Source: an uncultured Woeseiaceae bacterium (GTDB lineage: Bacteria > Pseudomonadota > Gammaproteobacteria > Steroidobacterales > Woeseiaceae). Taken from it: DNA of 39,682 bases. This document shows positions 20,793 to 31,846 of this stretch, piece after piece. The notes below the pieces were generated by a model, which was given only the letters and a program-made list of their open reading frames with translations, was not told where the DNA came from and did no database searches. How positions within the stretch are numbered: the first letter of the stretch is position 1; each line of letters opens with the position of its first letter. Where the stretch lies: positions 1-39,682 of the forward strand of contig CALZHX010000222.1 in the NCBI GenBank assembly GCA_945787435.1, given 5' to 3'. Position numbers and translations under genes: made by a program.

Positions 20793-21233
20793 ATGTCAGA
20801 CATTGTCCTGAACGGCAAGCCAACGACGACCTTCTGGATCGTCGGCGGTGCCGCACTTGTTTGGAACCTGTTCGGCCTGGTGTTCTACATCGGTCATGTA
20901 ACGATCTCACCCGAAGCCCTGGCAGCGATGCCGCAGTTACAGCAGGACTTCTTCGCCGGGACACCAACCTGGGCGACAGCTGCGTTTGCGCTGGGCGTTA
21001 ATGCAGGGGTTCTTGGTAGCCTGTTCCTGCTCTTGCGAAAGGCCTGGGCCGTACCAATGTTCGTACTGTCCCTGGTGTCCGTGATCGTTCAGGACATTGA
21101 TGCCTTCGTACTTCGCGACGGCTTCAGCGTTGTTGGTATCAACGGCATCATAATTCCATCGATGGTCGTCGTGATTGCAATCGCCTTGCTGTTCTATGCT
21201 CGCGATACCAAAGAAAAAGGCTGGCTGGCCTAA
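20793..21233 (+). CDS. Hypothetical membrane protein (about 4 TM segments)
   Basis: 146 aa and hydrophobic, with no recognised motif. It overlaps the convergent protease stop by 4 nt. Confidence 0.5.
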   Translation: MSDIVLNGKPTTTFWIVGGAALVWNLFGLVFYIGHVTISPEALAAMPQLQQDFFAGTPTWATAAFALGVNAGVLGSLFLLLRKAWAVPMFVLSLVSVIVQDIDAFVLRDGFSVVGINGIIIPSMVVVIAIALLFYARDTKEKGWLA

Positions 21234-24200
21234 TTACCGATCCGGATCACGGTGATCGCGGACAGCCCGGTCGGTGTGTTGTGGCCGATGCCGCCAAGGT
21301 AGATCGTGTCGGGTTGCAGCCCTGTCCAGTTCACTGTGACGGTATCCGATGTACCCGCGTTGACGAACGCCGGCCCGGAGGCCGTCATGTTGCCCTGGTC
21401 ATCGATCAGGCCGAAAGACCAGGCGAGCAATTGGTAGTTCGCACCAGGTCCACCCGAGATATTATCTGTCGCGAAGCCGTGCACGAGCGCGGCGTAACGG
21501 CCGCCGGTCGGCAACAGAAAGCTCACTTCTTCGTTTGATGTTGGCTCGCCGCTCTCACCAATACGGAAGCAGTTGACGTTATCGGGGCAGTGGTAGATGT
21601 ACAGGTCGAGATCGTCGTCGCCGTCAGTCAGGGTGTCGAACAAGGAGAATCGCAGATAGGCCTCGTCCACAGGCACATCGATAAGGTGTGCTGTGACACC
21701 GTTTGTCGTACGGAATGAAAACGTCTTGGTCGGATCGTCGTCGACGAAGCCATTGATCACCAGCGGCAGGCGCAGGCCGTGCACACTTGGCGTGTAGGCG
21801 CCGGTAAATCCAAACTCCACCGGGAACGCCAGCGATCCATCGGCCCCGAAGTCTGTAACCTGCGCGGGCGCCGTTATCGTAATAGGACGCACAGCAAGTG
21901 CGCTGTATACAGAGTGATCAGCATTCTCCCAGGTCAACGAACCGAAGCGCCATGAATCAAGTGGCCCGGACTGCATGCTGAACGTCACGTCAAAGGTCGC
22001 AGAAGCGCCAGGCTGCAGCGTCAGGGTCTGTGGCGCGACCGATACGCTGACGCCTGCCGGCGAAACGACATTCGCCATGAACGTCTCTGCCTCATCACTT
22101 ACGTTCGTAACACGGCGTGTGACCACGCGTTCATTGGCGAGTCGCCCAACGGCGATCGACGGTTGGTTGAGGTCAGCACCGGCGAAAGACAGTCCTGCAA
22201 CAGCAAGTTCATCACAACGCTCTTCCGATACGGCAGGCGATCCGGTGCCACAGGCGAAGGCGTCGAACTCGTCGTCAGTGACGTCATAAACCAGGCCCGG
22301 GTCGACAGCGTCATTGGGCACGATGTGTCCTGCGCCGAAGTCGAATGGCAGAGCCGGCGTTTCAATATCACCGGCCGTCACAGACTGACGGGCCGTCGTC
22401 ATGAGCGCCGACTTGATCGCAGCAGGACTCCAGTCCGGATGTGCCTCCAATAACAACGCAGCCACACCGGCAACATGCGGCGTGGACATAGACGTGCCGG
22501 ACAGATACGCGAAATTCTCGCCAGACATGGCGTTCGCGGCATCCGGCGTAAAGCCGGCAAGAATGTTGATGCCAGGCGCCGTGACGTCGGGTTTGAGGAT
22601 ATCTGCGGCCGGACCGGGACCGCGCGACGAGAACGAGCCCATCTTGTTGCCGGTCTCTACCTCCGTGATAAACAACTGCTTGTCGAGCAGGACGGTGACG
22701 ATCTCGCCGGCATCAATTTCGGCGAGAATCAGGTTGCCGTCGGCCTGCCCGATCATTACGGCGGGGATTTCCGAGAGACCCGGTGTGCCGTTCATCACGA
22801 TCGGATCGCCGGCGATGTTGTAGACGAGTGCTGCGATGGCACCGGCGTCGTCCGCGTGTGCAACTTTGAGATCGAAGCCGCAGCCACCCCGTTGAATCAG
22901 TGCGATCTTTCCAGAGACGTCGGACCCGTTCGTCAGTGGCTCACAGGCATCGCTGGTGGTTCCCGGTCCACCATCGTCAAGCGTCTCGTCGCCGTCATCG
23001 ACCAGTACGAGGTCACCGTCAATGGGCCCGACCTCAAGCAGTGTCGGCGTGAAATTGGCCTCCTTGACAGCGTACTTTCCGGAGAGTGAAAGAGGCAGCT
23101 CGATCTCAAGCGCTTCAATCGAGGTCTCGCCATCGCGACTCGATGCCGCCGCGGTGATCACCCAGGGGCTACCGGCGGGTGAGCCAATCGTTCCGAGATT
23201 CGGGCCTTCATTGCCCGCGGCGGCAACAGCAATAACACCGGCTTTCGTGGCGGACATCAGCGCCAGATCGTCGGGTGCCACCAAGCTCAGCAACGAGCTG
23301 CCAACCGAGTAGTTGATAATGTCGACGCCGTCGGCAACAGCAGCATCAATCGCATTGGCAAGGTCGGAAGTGTTACAGCTTGCACGCTGATCGCCCGGGC
23401 GCAACCAGCACGCCTTGTAAACCGCAATCCGCGCGCGCGGCGCCATTCCTTCGACGCGATCGACGAACGATCCAAAGATTGACGCTTTGACACGATTGCC
23501 GGCTGCGGTAGTCGCCGTATGTGTGCCATGGCCGTCAACATCGCGTGCCGAGCGAATTTCGCCCTCGTCGATCGGACCCGAGGCATCTGCACCGGCTACG
23601 AAATAGCGCGCACCGATAAGTTTGTTGTTACAGGCCGTGTCTTCAAATTCTTCTCCGGCCATGCAGGCGCCGTTCCAGTCGACCGGTGGCTCAAAAACCA
23701 GCGTATCTTCGCGCTTCTTGAAGCGCCTGCAGAGCCAGCGGCCGAGCAAGGTGTTTTCGGACCAGTCGCCCTGGCACTGGATCGGCCGGTCCGCCTCCCG
23801 GGTGTCCTCGAGCGCCGGATGTTCTGGAGCGATGCCGCTGTCGATGACGCCAATAATAATGTCTTCACCGTCGAAGCCAGGCGTGCCGCGCAGTCCTTTG
23901 TCGCGGTCAAAAAGCTCAAGAAAATCAAGACTATAGTTGGTCGCAAGAGGACGGATTTCGTCTTCCCAGACGTGCAGCACCTCGGGCAGGCTCGCAAGCT
24001 TGTGCGCCTGTGCGGGATGCATCCTGGCTGCGAAACCGTTCAGACCGAAGCGAAAGCTGTAAATGAGCTCGGTGCCTGAGTCCGCGCGCGCGATGACCTT
24101 TTCCTGGGCCTCCGAGAGGCGTGCCGTATAACGCTGGATAACGGGGTTTGCCCTGTTGAAGCGCACGCGCGACACGGCCTTTGCTCCTGGCTTAGCCGCC

Positions 24201-24400
24201 GCCGTGAGTAGTGACGCGTGATAGTCGGCAGCAGACGGCATCGCCAACTGCACGATGTAGACCTTGCGTGAGCTCGGCTCTTCCGAGCCGGCGAGACGAA
24301 TTGCGCCAAGGCTGCCCGCATCGCGAAGCTCCGACTCATTCTGAGCGGATACACCGAGAGGTATCAGCAACATGAACAACAAGATGCGACGTAAGGACAT
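21230..24400 (-). CDS. Secreted subtilisin-like serine protease (S8A). It has an I9 propeptide, a PA-domain insertion and a C-terminal PPC-like domain
   Basis: The signal peptide from the ATG at 24400 is MSLRRILLFMLLIPLGVSAQ. The catalytic Asp is in GVIDSGI, the His in HGTHTATTAAG and the Ser in SGTSMSTPHVAG. The motif CNNKLIGARYF is typical of plant-type subtilases. The C-terminal DDDLDLYIY is pre-peptidase-like. 1056 aa. Confidence 0.9.
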   Translation of the reverse strand: MSLRRILLFMLLIPLGVSAQNESELRDAGSLGAIRLAGSEEPSSRKVYIVQLAMPSAADYHASLLTAAAKPGAKAVSRVRFNRANPVIQRYTARLSEAQEKVIARADSGTELIYSFRFGLNGFAARMHPAQAHKLASLPEVLHVWEDEIRPLATNYSLDFLELFDRDKGLRGTPGFDGEDIIIGVIDSGIAPEHPALEDTREADRPIQCQGDWSENTLLGRWLCRRFKKREDTLVFEPPVDWNGACMAGEEFEDTACNNKLIGARYFVAGADASGPIDEGEIRSARDVDGHGTHTATTAAGNRVKASIFGSFVDRVEGMAPRARIAVYKACWLRPGDQRASCNTSDLANAIDAAVADGVDIINYSVGSSLLSLVAPDDLALMSATKAGVIAVAAAGNEGPNLGTIGSPAGSPWVITAAASSRDGETSIEALEIELPLSLSGKYAVKEANFTPTLLEVGPIDGDLVLVDDGDETLDDGGPGTTSDACEPLTNGSDVSGKIALIQRGGCGFDLKVAHADDAGAIAALVYNIAGDPIVMNGTPGLSEIPAVMIGQADGNLILAEIDAGEIVTVLLDKQLFITEVETGNKMGSFSSRGPGPAADILKPDVTAPGINILAGFTPDAANAMSGENFAYLSGTSMSTPHVAGVAALLLEAHPDWSPAAIKSALMTTARQSVTAGDIETPALPFDFGAGHIVPNDAVDPGLVYDVTDDEFDAFACGTGSPAVSEERCDELAVAGLSFAGADLNQPSIAVGRLANERVVTRRVTNVSDEAETFMANVVSPAGVSVSVAPQTLTLQPGASATFDVTFSMQSGPLDSWRFGSLTWENADHSVYSALAVRPITITAPAQVTDFGADGSLAFPVEFGFTGAYTPSVHGLRLPLVINGFVDDDPTKTFSFRTTNGVTAHLIDVPVDEAYLRFSLFDTLTDGDDDLDLYIYHCPDNVNCFRIGESGEPTSNEEVSFLLPTGGRYAALVHGFATDNISGGPGANYQLLAWSFGLIDDQGNMTASGPAFVNAGTSDTVTVNWTGLQPDTIYLGGIGHNTPTGLSAITVIRIGN

Positions 24401-24402
24401 GG

Positions 24403-24963
24403 TTACTCGTCTTTGTAGCCGCTCAGTTCCTCGGCAGAGAAGCTGACGCCAAGGCCGAGCGCAATGCAATTGACGAAATTGAAATAGCCGACGACCAGCG
24501 TCAGGTCGAGTATGTCTTTGTCGCTCAGGCCCACAGCCCGTAATTCTCCGAGATCACTCTCCGTCATGGCGGACGGGGCTGATGTGAGCTTCTCCGCGTG
24601 TCTTACGATATTGCTCAATCGTGGCTCAAGCGTTTCCAGCCCGTCGGCCGACATGAGCAACTCGAGTGTCTCGTCATCCTTGACGTAGCGACGCAGGGCC
24701 TCGGCATGATGGTTGACGCAATATGCGCAATCATTGGTCGCCGAGACGACAACAGCGACAGCCTCCCGCTCGGCACGGCTTAGCCCGGACGCGCCAAACA
24801 TGACGCTCATATACAGATCGAGATGATTCGCCATGGCCTCCGGGTTGAGGCTATGGACCTTGAGGATATTGGAGACTTTGCCGCGCTTTTCTAAAAGCTC
24901 GGCGTAGATTGCCTCGAGTTTTCCTTCGGCGTCATCAACGCTGATTTCATCAATCCAGGACAT
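24403..24963 (-). CDS. Carboxymuconolactone decarboxylase / AhpD-like 'peroxidase-related enzyme' family protein
   Basis: 186 aa with no signal peptide. It has the AhpD-fold C-x-x-C-x-x-H motif (NDCAYCVNHH). The stop lies 2 nt upstream of the protease ATG. Confidence 0.8.
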   Translation of the reverse strand: MSWIDEISVDDAEGKLEAIYAELLEKRGKVSNILKVHSLNPEAMANHLDLYMSVMFGASGLSRAEREAVAVVVSATNDCAYCVNHHAEALRRYVKDDETLELLMSADGLETLEPRLSNIVRHAEKLTSAPSAMTESDLGELRAVGLSDKDILDLTLVVGYFNFVNCIALGLGVSFSAEELSGYKDE

Positions 24964-25127
24964 CGCTACTCGGCACCGCAGTTACGCCGGTCGCGTCGGG
25001 GATTTGCGCCTCATGGCGCTCCCTCTCGCACCGCACTTCGAATTTCTCGACGTTACCATTCAGGGCGGCAAAAGAGAACGTCCGGCGTGCCATGGGCAGC
25101 CGCGTATTGCCTTTCCGATGAGCACAG

Positions 25128-26584
<1,457 letters not shown>

Positions 26585-26593
26585 GACGCCAGG

Positions 26594-28972
26594 CTACTTC
26601 TTCCTGGCTTTTTTCTTTGTTTTTTTCTTGGTTTTCTTTTTGGTTTTTTTCTTCGCCGCTTTCTTCTTGCCACGGCGACCACGCACCGGTGCCGCCGCAA
26701 GCAGCTCGATACATTCCTCGAGCGTCAGCGACTTCGGCTCGCGATCTTTCGGCACACGCGCGTTCTTGCTCTTGTCAGTGATGTACGGACCGTAGCGCCC
26801 GTTGAGGACCTGAATGCCCTGCTCTTCAAAATCCTGGATGATGCGGTTGGCGTCCTCGATCTTCTTCGCTTCGATAAGTTCGAGCGCGCGTGGCAGTTCG
26901 ACCGTGTAAGGATCGTCTTCCTTCATGGAAACGTACTTGTCGCCGTAACGAACGTACGGGCCAAACCGACCAACGCTTGCGGATACGGGCAGGCCGTCGG
27001 GCGTCTCGCCAAGTTTGCGCGGCAGCTTGAAGAGCTCAAGCGCCTCTTCCATCGTTATCTCGTTCATCTTCTGGCCCGGACGCAGGCCCGCGAATTTCGG
27101 CTTCTCTTCGTCGTCCTTGGTGCCTATCTGTACGAACGGTCCGTACCGGCCCATGCGCACAGTCATCGGTTTGCCACTCTTGGGGTCCATGCCGAGTTCA
27201 CGCGCTTGTGCGACCTGCTCGCGAGTAACGGACTCCTCCTTATCGTCACAAAGAAGCTTGAACGGTTTCCAGAAATTGTCGAGCAATGGCACCCAGTCTT
27301 TGTGTCCAAGCGAAACCTCATCGAGGTCGTCTTCAAGCTTGGCTGTGAAGTCGTAATCGACATACTGGGCAAAATGTTCCGTGAGGAACCCGTTTACGAT
27401 GCGGCCAATGTCCGTCGGGTAAAAACGTTTGCTCTCGATCTCGACGTACTCGCGATTCTTCAGCGTGACGATAATGCTCGCATAGGTCGACGGTCGGCCG
27501 ATGCCGTACTCTTCCAGCGTTTTGACCAGGCTCGCTTCGGTGAAGCGCGGTGGTGGCTCCGTGAAATGTTGTTCAGGCCGCAACACATCAAGGCTGATCG
27601 TGTCGCCTTCCTCGATGTTGGGCAGCAGGCGATCGCCGTCATCGTCCTTGTTGCTGTCGTCCTGTCCTTCTTTATATACGGCCATGAACCCTGGTTCGAC
27701 AAGAATCGAGCCATTAGCGCGCATGCGGTGGCCGTCTTCCTCGGGGCCTGCTGCAAGTTCGATGGCCACGGTGTCGAATACGGCTGGCACCATCTGGCAG
27801 GCCATTGTGCGCTTCCAGATCAGTGAGTAAAGCTTGAACTGGTCTTCGTCGAGCGCGTCCTTTATCGACTCCGGCGTCAGAGCGACCGACGTTGGGCGAA
27901 CCGCTTCGTGGGCTTCCTGCGCGTTCCTTGATTTTGTTTTGAACTCTCGCGGTTCCTCGGGGACATTCTCCGCTCCGTAACGTTCTGTAATGACCTCGCG
28001 AATCTCCTCCACCGCGACCGCGGCGAGCGAGACTGAGTCCGTACGCATATAGGAGATCAGGCCTACGTTGCCTTCGCCGGGGAGTTCGATACCTTCGTAA
28101 AGTTTTTGCGCGATGCGCATCGTCCACTGGGTATTGAAGCCGAGCTTGCGCGAGGACTCCTGTTGCAGCGTCGATGTCGTGAAGGGTGCGGCCGGATTAC
28201 GGCGGCGCTGCCGTTTTGTAACGCTGACAGTGGTCAGTTTGCCGTCGGCCGCATCGAGAATCGTTTTCTCGACGGCGCGCGCCGCGGTTTCGTCTTCAAA
28301 ACTGAACTGTTCGACCTTCTCACCACCATAAGAAACCAGGCGCGATGCGAACGGCTGTTCGTCTTTGCTGACGTCTGCCTCGATTGTCCAGTACTCGCGG
28401 GCTTTGAACGCTTCAATCTCCAGCTCACGTTCAACGATCATGCGCAAAGCAGGACTCTGCACGCGCCCTGCCGACAAACCGCGTTGCACTTTCTTCCACA
28501 ACAACGGTGACAGGTTAAAGCCGACGAGGTAGTCGAGCGCGCGGCGGGCCTGTTGCGCCCCGACAAGATCATTGGACAGGTCGCGCGGATTGTCGATGGC
28601 CTCCTGCACGGCGGCCTTGGTGATCTCGTGGAACACCACACGGTGAACGGACTTGCCGTTCAAGACGTCTTTTTCCTTGAGCAGCTCGATAAGGTGCCAG
28701 GAAATCGCCTCACCCTCACGATCCGGGTCAGTGGCGAGGTACAGCGCGTCTGCCTTTTTCAACGCCTTAATAATCGACTTGACGTGTTTCTCGTTTCTCT
28801 CGATGACCTGGTATTTCATCGAAAAGTCATCGTCGGGATCGACAGCGCCAACCTTGGGAATCAGGTCACGTACGTGCCCGTAAGAGGCAAGGACGTCAAA
28901 ATCCTTACCCAGGTACTTGCTGATCGTCTTCGCCTTGGCGGGCGATTCAACAATGACGAGATTTTTAGACAT
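26594..28972 (-). CDS. topA: DNA topoisomerase I (type IA). Its C-terminal repeat domains are Cys-free and it has a Lys-rich tail
   Basis: It has the TOPRIM N-terminus MSKNLVIVESPAKAKTISKYLG. The active-site region is GLISYMRTDS. The C-terminus has three GR(Y/F)GP(F/Y) repeats instead of Zn ribbons, and the tail is KKKAAKKKTKKKTKKKTKKKARKK. Confidence 0.95.
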   Translation of the reverse strand: MSKNLVIVESPAKAKTISKYLGKDFDVLASYGHVRDLIPKVGAVDPDDDFSMKYQVIERNEKHVKSIIKALKKADALYLATDPDREGEAISWHLIELLKEKDVLNGKSVHRVVFHEITKAAVQEAIDNPRDLSNDLVGAQQARRALDYLVGFNLSPLLWKKVQRGLSAGRVQSPALRMIVERELEIEAFKAREYWTIEADVSKDEQPFASRLVSYGGEKVEQFSFEDETAARAVEKTILDAADGKLTTVSVTKRQRRRNPAAPFTTSTLQQESSRKLGFNTQWTMRIAQKLYEGIELPGEGNVGLISYMRTDSVSLAAVAVEEIREVITERYGAENVPEEPREFKTKSRNAQEAHEAVRPTSVALTPESIKDALDEDQFKLYSLIWKRTMACQMVPAVFDTVAIELAAGPEEDGHRMRANGSILVEPGFMAVYKEGQDDSNKDDDGDRLLPNIEEGDTISLDVLRPEQHFTEPPPRFTEASLVKTLEEYGIGRPSTYASIIVTLKNREYVEIESKRFYPTDIGRIVNGFLTEHFAQYVDYDFTAKLEDDLDEVSLGHKDWVPLLDNFWKPFKLLCDDKEESVTREQVAQARELGMDPKSGKPMTVRMGRYGPFVQIGTKDDEEKPKFAGLRPGQKMNEITMEEALELFKLPRKLGETPDGLPVSASVGRFGPYVRYGDKYVSMKEDDPYTVELPRALELIEAKKIEDANRIIQDFEEQGIQVLNGRYGPYITDKSKNARVPKDREPKSLTLEECIELLAAAPVRGRRGKKKAAKKKTKKKTKKKTKKKARKK

Positions 28973-28984
28973 AGTTAAGAGTGC

Positions 28985-29018
28985 TCAAAACCAAACAACC
29001 GCGGACAGTGCCGCGGTT
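28985..29018 (-). terminator. Candidate rho-independent terminator/attenuator between smg and topA
   Basis: On the minus strand: aaccgcgg-cactgt-ccgcggtt, an 8-bp stem, followed by gtttggtttt. Confidence 0.55.
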
Positions 29019-29052
29019 GAATACAATGCCGAGTGCCAGCGTGTCAAGGAAA

Positions 29053-29529
29053 TCAGTGAATCGAGCCCGTACTTTCCTCGAATACCAGGTCCTCCATCCT
29101 CGCGTAGGCCAGCTCCTGGCCGGGCTGGCTGAAGAGCACCATCAATACAACCCACTTGATCTGTTCGACGTCGATATCCGCTGATTCCAGCGCGAGCAGG
29201 CGGTCTACGAGAATTTCCCGTTGTTGCGGCGGCAGGATGCCGATCTGCTCGAGATAGGAAATGTAACCGCGGCAGGCGGTGTCGAGGCGCTCCTGCTCAA
29301 CGTCATTGTAAACACGGGAGCCATGCGACGTTTGCGCGTGAAACGCGAGCCCGTCCTGGTGGTCAGTGAGGCCGTCCAACCAGTCCAGTGCGCGATCAAT
29401 CTCGGGGTCACCAAAGCCTGCCCGCGAAAGCTCATCTCGCAGTTCGTTCTGGTCGGCTTCGGGCTCATCTTCGGTGTCGACGTAGGTCTCAAACAGGTAC
29501 ATGAGTACGTCGAGTACATTTTCTTTCAT
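29053..29529 (-). CDS. smg: Smg protein (DUF494)
   Basis: It starts MKENVLDVLMYLFETY..., the typical Smg N-terminus. 158 aa, in the conserved position between dprA and topA. Confidence 0.9.
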   Translation of the reverse strand: MKENVLDVLMYLFETYVDTEDEPEADQNELRDELSRAGFGDPEIDRALDWLDGLTDHQDGLAFHAQTSHGSRVYNDVEQERLDTACRGYISYLEQIGILPPQQREILVDRLLALESADIDVEQIKWVVLMVLFSQPGQELAYARMEDLVFEESTGSIH

Positions 29530-29564
29530 TCCTGGAGCGGCTCCCTTCGTTTCCAATCCAGCGT

Positions 29565-30476
29565 CTATCGGTTCAGCAGTGAGTATCGTCCACCGGACAG
29601 TGATTCGACCTCTCCCTGCAGCTCCAGGATAAGAAGCATGGAGGAAACCTGGTCGATCGTCAATCCGGAGTCTTTGGCAAGTTCGTCGATACTGATCGGG
29701 TCGTGGCTTATGTATTTTCGAAGGTGCTTGTACTCATCGTCGTCGTGATCGGGTGGCTCATCGTTCGTCGTTGATTCCAAAGAATTTTGCAGCAGATGTG
29801 ACGACAGGGGCGCAAGTTCATTGACGATATCTTCCGCGGTCTCGACAAGTTTTGCACCCTGGCGAATTAGCTTATGACAACCGCGCGCGAGTGCATTATG
29901 GATAGAACCCGGTAGCGCGAAAACCTCACGTCCCTGGTCGCCCGCATACCTGGCGGTTATCAATGAACCACTGCGCCGGGCTGCCTCGACGACAAGCGTG
30001 CCGAGGCTCACGCCGCTGATCAGTCGGTTGCGCTGCGGAAACAGTGTCTTGTGCGGGTGTGTGCCCAGCGGAAACTCACTGACGAGCGCACCCTGAGCGG
30101 CGATCTCGTGAGCAAGGTCCCTGTTTGCTGCCGGATACACGCGGTCGATGCCATGCCCAAGGAACGCGACAGTTGCGGCGCCGGCATCGAGTGCACCGCG
30201 GTGTGCAGCTGTATCGATGCCCTCGGCCAGGCCACTGACGATGCAAAAGCCGGCAGCCCCCAGGTGTCGCGCGAACTCGAATGCATTTCGAGCGCCGGCC
30301 CGCGTTGGGTTGCGACTGCCGACGATCGCCAGCGCAGGCATGTGTAGCAAACCCGGGTCACCTCTAACATAGAGACGCTCCGGCGATTTCGAAATCTGTT
30401 CGAGCAGCTCGGGAAAATTCTCATCGCCTCTGGCGATGATGTGATTGCCGCTCAACTGCAGCCATTCGTCGTCCAT
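29565..30476 (-). CDS. dprA: DNA-processing protein DprA (short form lacking the N-terminal SAM-like domain)
   Basis: It has the Rossmann-fold motifs AIVGSRNPT, IVSGLAEGID, FPQRNRLISG and SGSLITARYA..QGREVFALPG, plus a C-terminal winged-helix-like tail. 303 aa. Confidence 0.9.
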   Translation of the reverse strand: MDDEWLQLSGNHIIARGDENFPELLEQISKSPERLYVRGDPGLLHMPALAIVGSRNPTRAGARNAFEFARHLGAAGFCIVSGLAEGIDTAAHRGALDAGAATVAFLGHGIDRVYPAANRDLAHEIAAQGALVSEFPLGTHPHKTLFPQRNRLISGVSLGTLVVEAARRSGSLITARYAGDQGREVFALPGSIHNALARGCHKLIRQGAKLVETAEDIVNELAPLSSHLLQNSLESTTNDEPPDHDDDEYKHLRKYISHDPISIDELAKDSGLTIDQVSSMLLILELQGEVESLSGGRYSLLNR

Positions 30477-30486
30477 ACCCGCAGTT

Positions 30487-30514
30487 TAAAAAAAACGGCG
30501 CCCGAAAGCGCCGT
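30487..30514 (-). terminator. Rho-independent terminator after the LysM gene
   Basis: On the minus strand: acggcgc-tttcgg-gcgccgt followed by T8. A second small hairpin (ccccg/cgggg) lies at 30531-30548. Confidence 0.85.
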
Positions 30515-30555
30515 CTATAACTAGGTATTTTCGGGGTCAGAGCCCCGGAAACTCA

Positions 30556-31611
30556 TCAGGTCGGGTTGCGGACGTAGTCCAGCGTATGGATGGCCTGTGT
30601 AGCCTCCATCACGAGTCCGTAGGAAATGCGGTCGTAAACCTTGAACACCATGAGTGTTCCCGCCATCTCGTCAGGCAGGAGGACACTGCCACCCGCAACG
30701 CGATCCCTGACGGTATCGCCACGCCGCCAGGCCGTTAGTACATCACCAACACCGAGCCCGTGGGTCGAACCACGGTTGAGGACAACCACCTGATACTGGG
30801 CAATCTGCGTAACCCCGCCTACGACAGCAATGATCTGGCCATTGATGTTGCTCGATGGTGCTTTCGGGAAGAAGTTCAGCGGAATTTCGACCGAGGCCGG
30901 GATCAGGCGATCGCCGTCTGTGGCTTCCTGTTTCGACGAAATGAGCGCCATCGATGCCGGATCGCCGCTCCTGCGCATCGTACCTTCGCCAATCTCGATG
31001 CCCTGGTATCCGATGAGGTCGTTATTCTCCGGGTCCACCAGCTTGTCACCGATATGAACCACGTTGAATCGCTCACCCGGCTGCGCACTCGTTCCGCGCA
31101 CGTAGACAGTATTGCCAGCCGCCGCAATGAGATGATCACCCTTGGTCGACACTATGTACGGCAGGGAATCGACTTCACTTCGCTCGATGACAACGCCCCG
31201 ACTAAGGAACGCCGAGATCGAATCGTACGACACACTCGTGATCGCTTCGGTCAGCGGTGTGGCACGCGCTTCAGGGGACAGGCGATAGCTTCCGGCCTGA
31301 CCGACGGTGACGCGCGGTGCGCCATCGACGTAGACCAGTGCGAGCACATCGCCCGGATAAATAAGGTGTGGATTTTCGACCTGGGGATTGACGTACCAGA
31401 TTTCGGGCCAATACCAGGGATCCTGGAGAAACGTGGCGGCGATATCCCAAAGAGTGTCGCCAACCTGAACGACATATTCATCGGGGGCGTCTGCGGCCAG
31501 GCGCGCACTTCCCTGCGAAAACGCAGTGAGCGTACCCAGTGTGAGCGATGCGATGAGCGCAACAGCAGTCATCCGGAGACGGTTATTCAGGCAATATTTG
31601 CTGAGGGACAT
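30556..31611 (-). CDS. LysM peptidoglycan-binding domain protein, TsaP-like by position
   Basis: The ATG at 31611 is preceded by the RBS gaggaa. It has a signal peptide and a LysM motif (YVVQVGDTLWDIAATFLQDPWYWPEIWYVNP). It is divergent from def and adjacent to dprA, as for P. aeruginosa PA0020 (tsaP). Confidence 0.75.
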   Translation of the reverse strand: MSLSKYCLNNRLRMTAVALIASLTLGTLTAFSQGSARLAADAPDEYVVQVGDTLWDIAATFLQDPWYWPEIWYVNPQVENPHLIYPGDVLALVYVDGAPRVTVGQAGSYRLSPEARATPLTEAITSVSYDSISAFLSRGVVIERSEVDSLPYIVSTKGDHLIAAAGNTVYVRGTSAQPGERFNVVHIGDKLVDPENNDLIGYQGIEIGEGTMRRSGDPASMALISSKQEATDGDRLIPASVEIPLNFFPKAPSSNINGQIIAVVGGVTQIAQYQVVVLNRGSTHGLGVGDVLTAWRRGDTVRDRVAGGSVLLPDEMAGTLMVFKVYDRISYGLVMEATQAIHTLDYVRNPT

Positions 31612-31661
31612 AATTTCCTCGTGCTCCATACAAGGTGCAAGCACCTGTGGCTTTTTAGCGT

Positions 31662-31670
31662 TGCTATAAT
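31662..31670 (+). promoter_or_regulatory. Candidate extended -10 promoter (TGcTATAAT) upstream of def-fmt-rsmB
   Basis: TG at 31662-31663 and TATAAT at 31665-31670, about 180 nt upstream of def. There is no good -35. This is a pattern only. Confidence 0.3.
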
Positions 31671-31846
31671 ATGTCGTTCCGGTGCCGAAGAGACTGCTAA
31701 TTACGTCACACTTCCGGCCCCAAACACCTGAGAAAAGGCGCTTTTTCTGGCGGCATTGTCTGTCATCTTATTCAATAAAGTCAAACATTTAGGTCACTTT
31801 TCAGGCAATTTACACGAATAACGCGCAGAATTACCTTCACGAAATT

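Noticed and set aside
24950-25093. A 47-codon ORF on the minus strand (MARRTFSFAALNGNVEKFEVRCERERHEAQIPDATGVTAVPSSDVLD). It lies in the 164-bp gap upstream of the AhpD-like gene and overlaps that gene's start by 14 nt.
   Set aside because: It has no Shine-Dalgarno sequence and no recognisable motif, and its length is below what I can support by eye. It could be a leader peptide, but that is unsupported without conservation or Ribo-seq data.
26594-26680. A T/G-rich low-complexity DNA tract (ttttttcttggttttctttttggttttttt) that looked like a slippery or frameshift-prone tract or a repeat element.
   Set aside because: It is simply the in-frame coding sequence of the Lys-rich C-terminal tail of topoisomerase I (KKKAAKKKTKKKTKKKTKKKARKK). 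That is a known feature of topo I enzymes with Cys-free C-terminal repeats.
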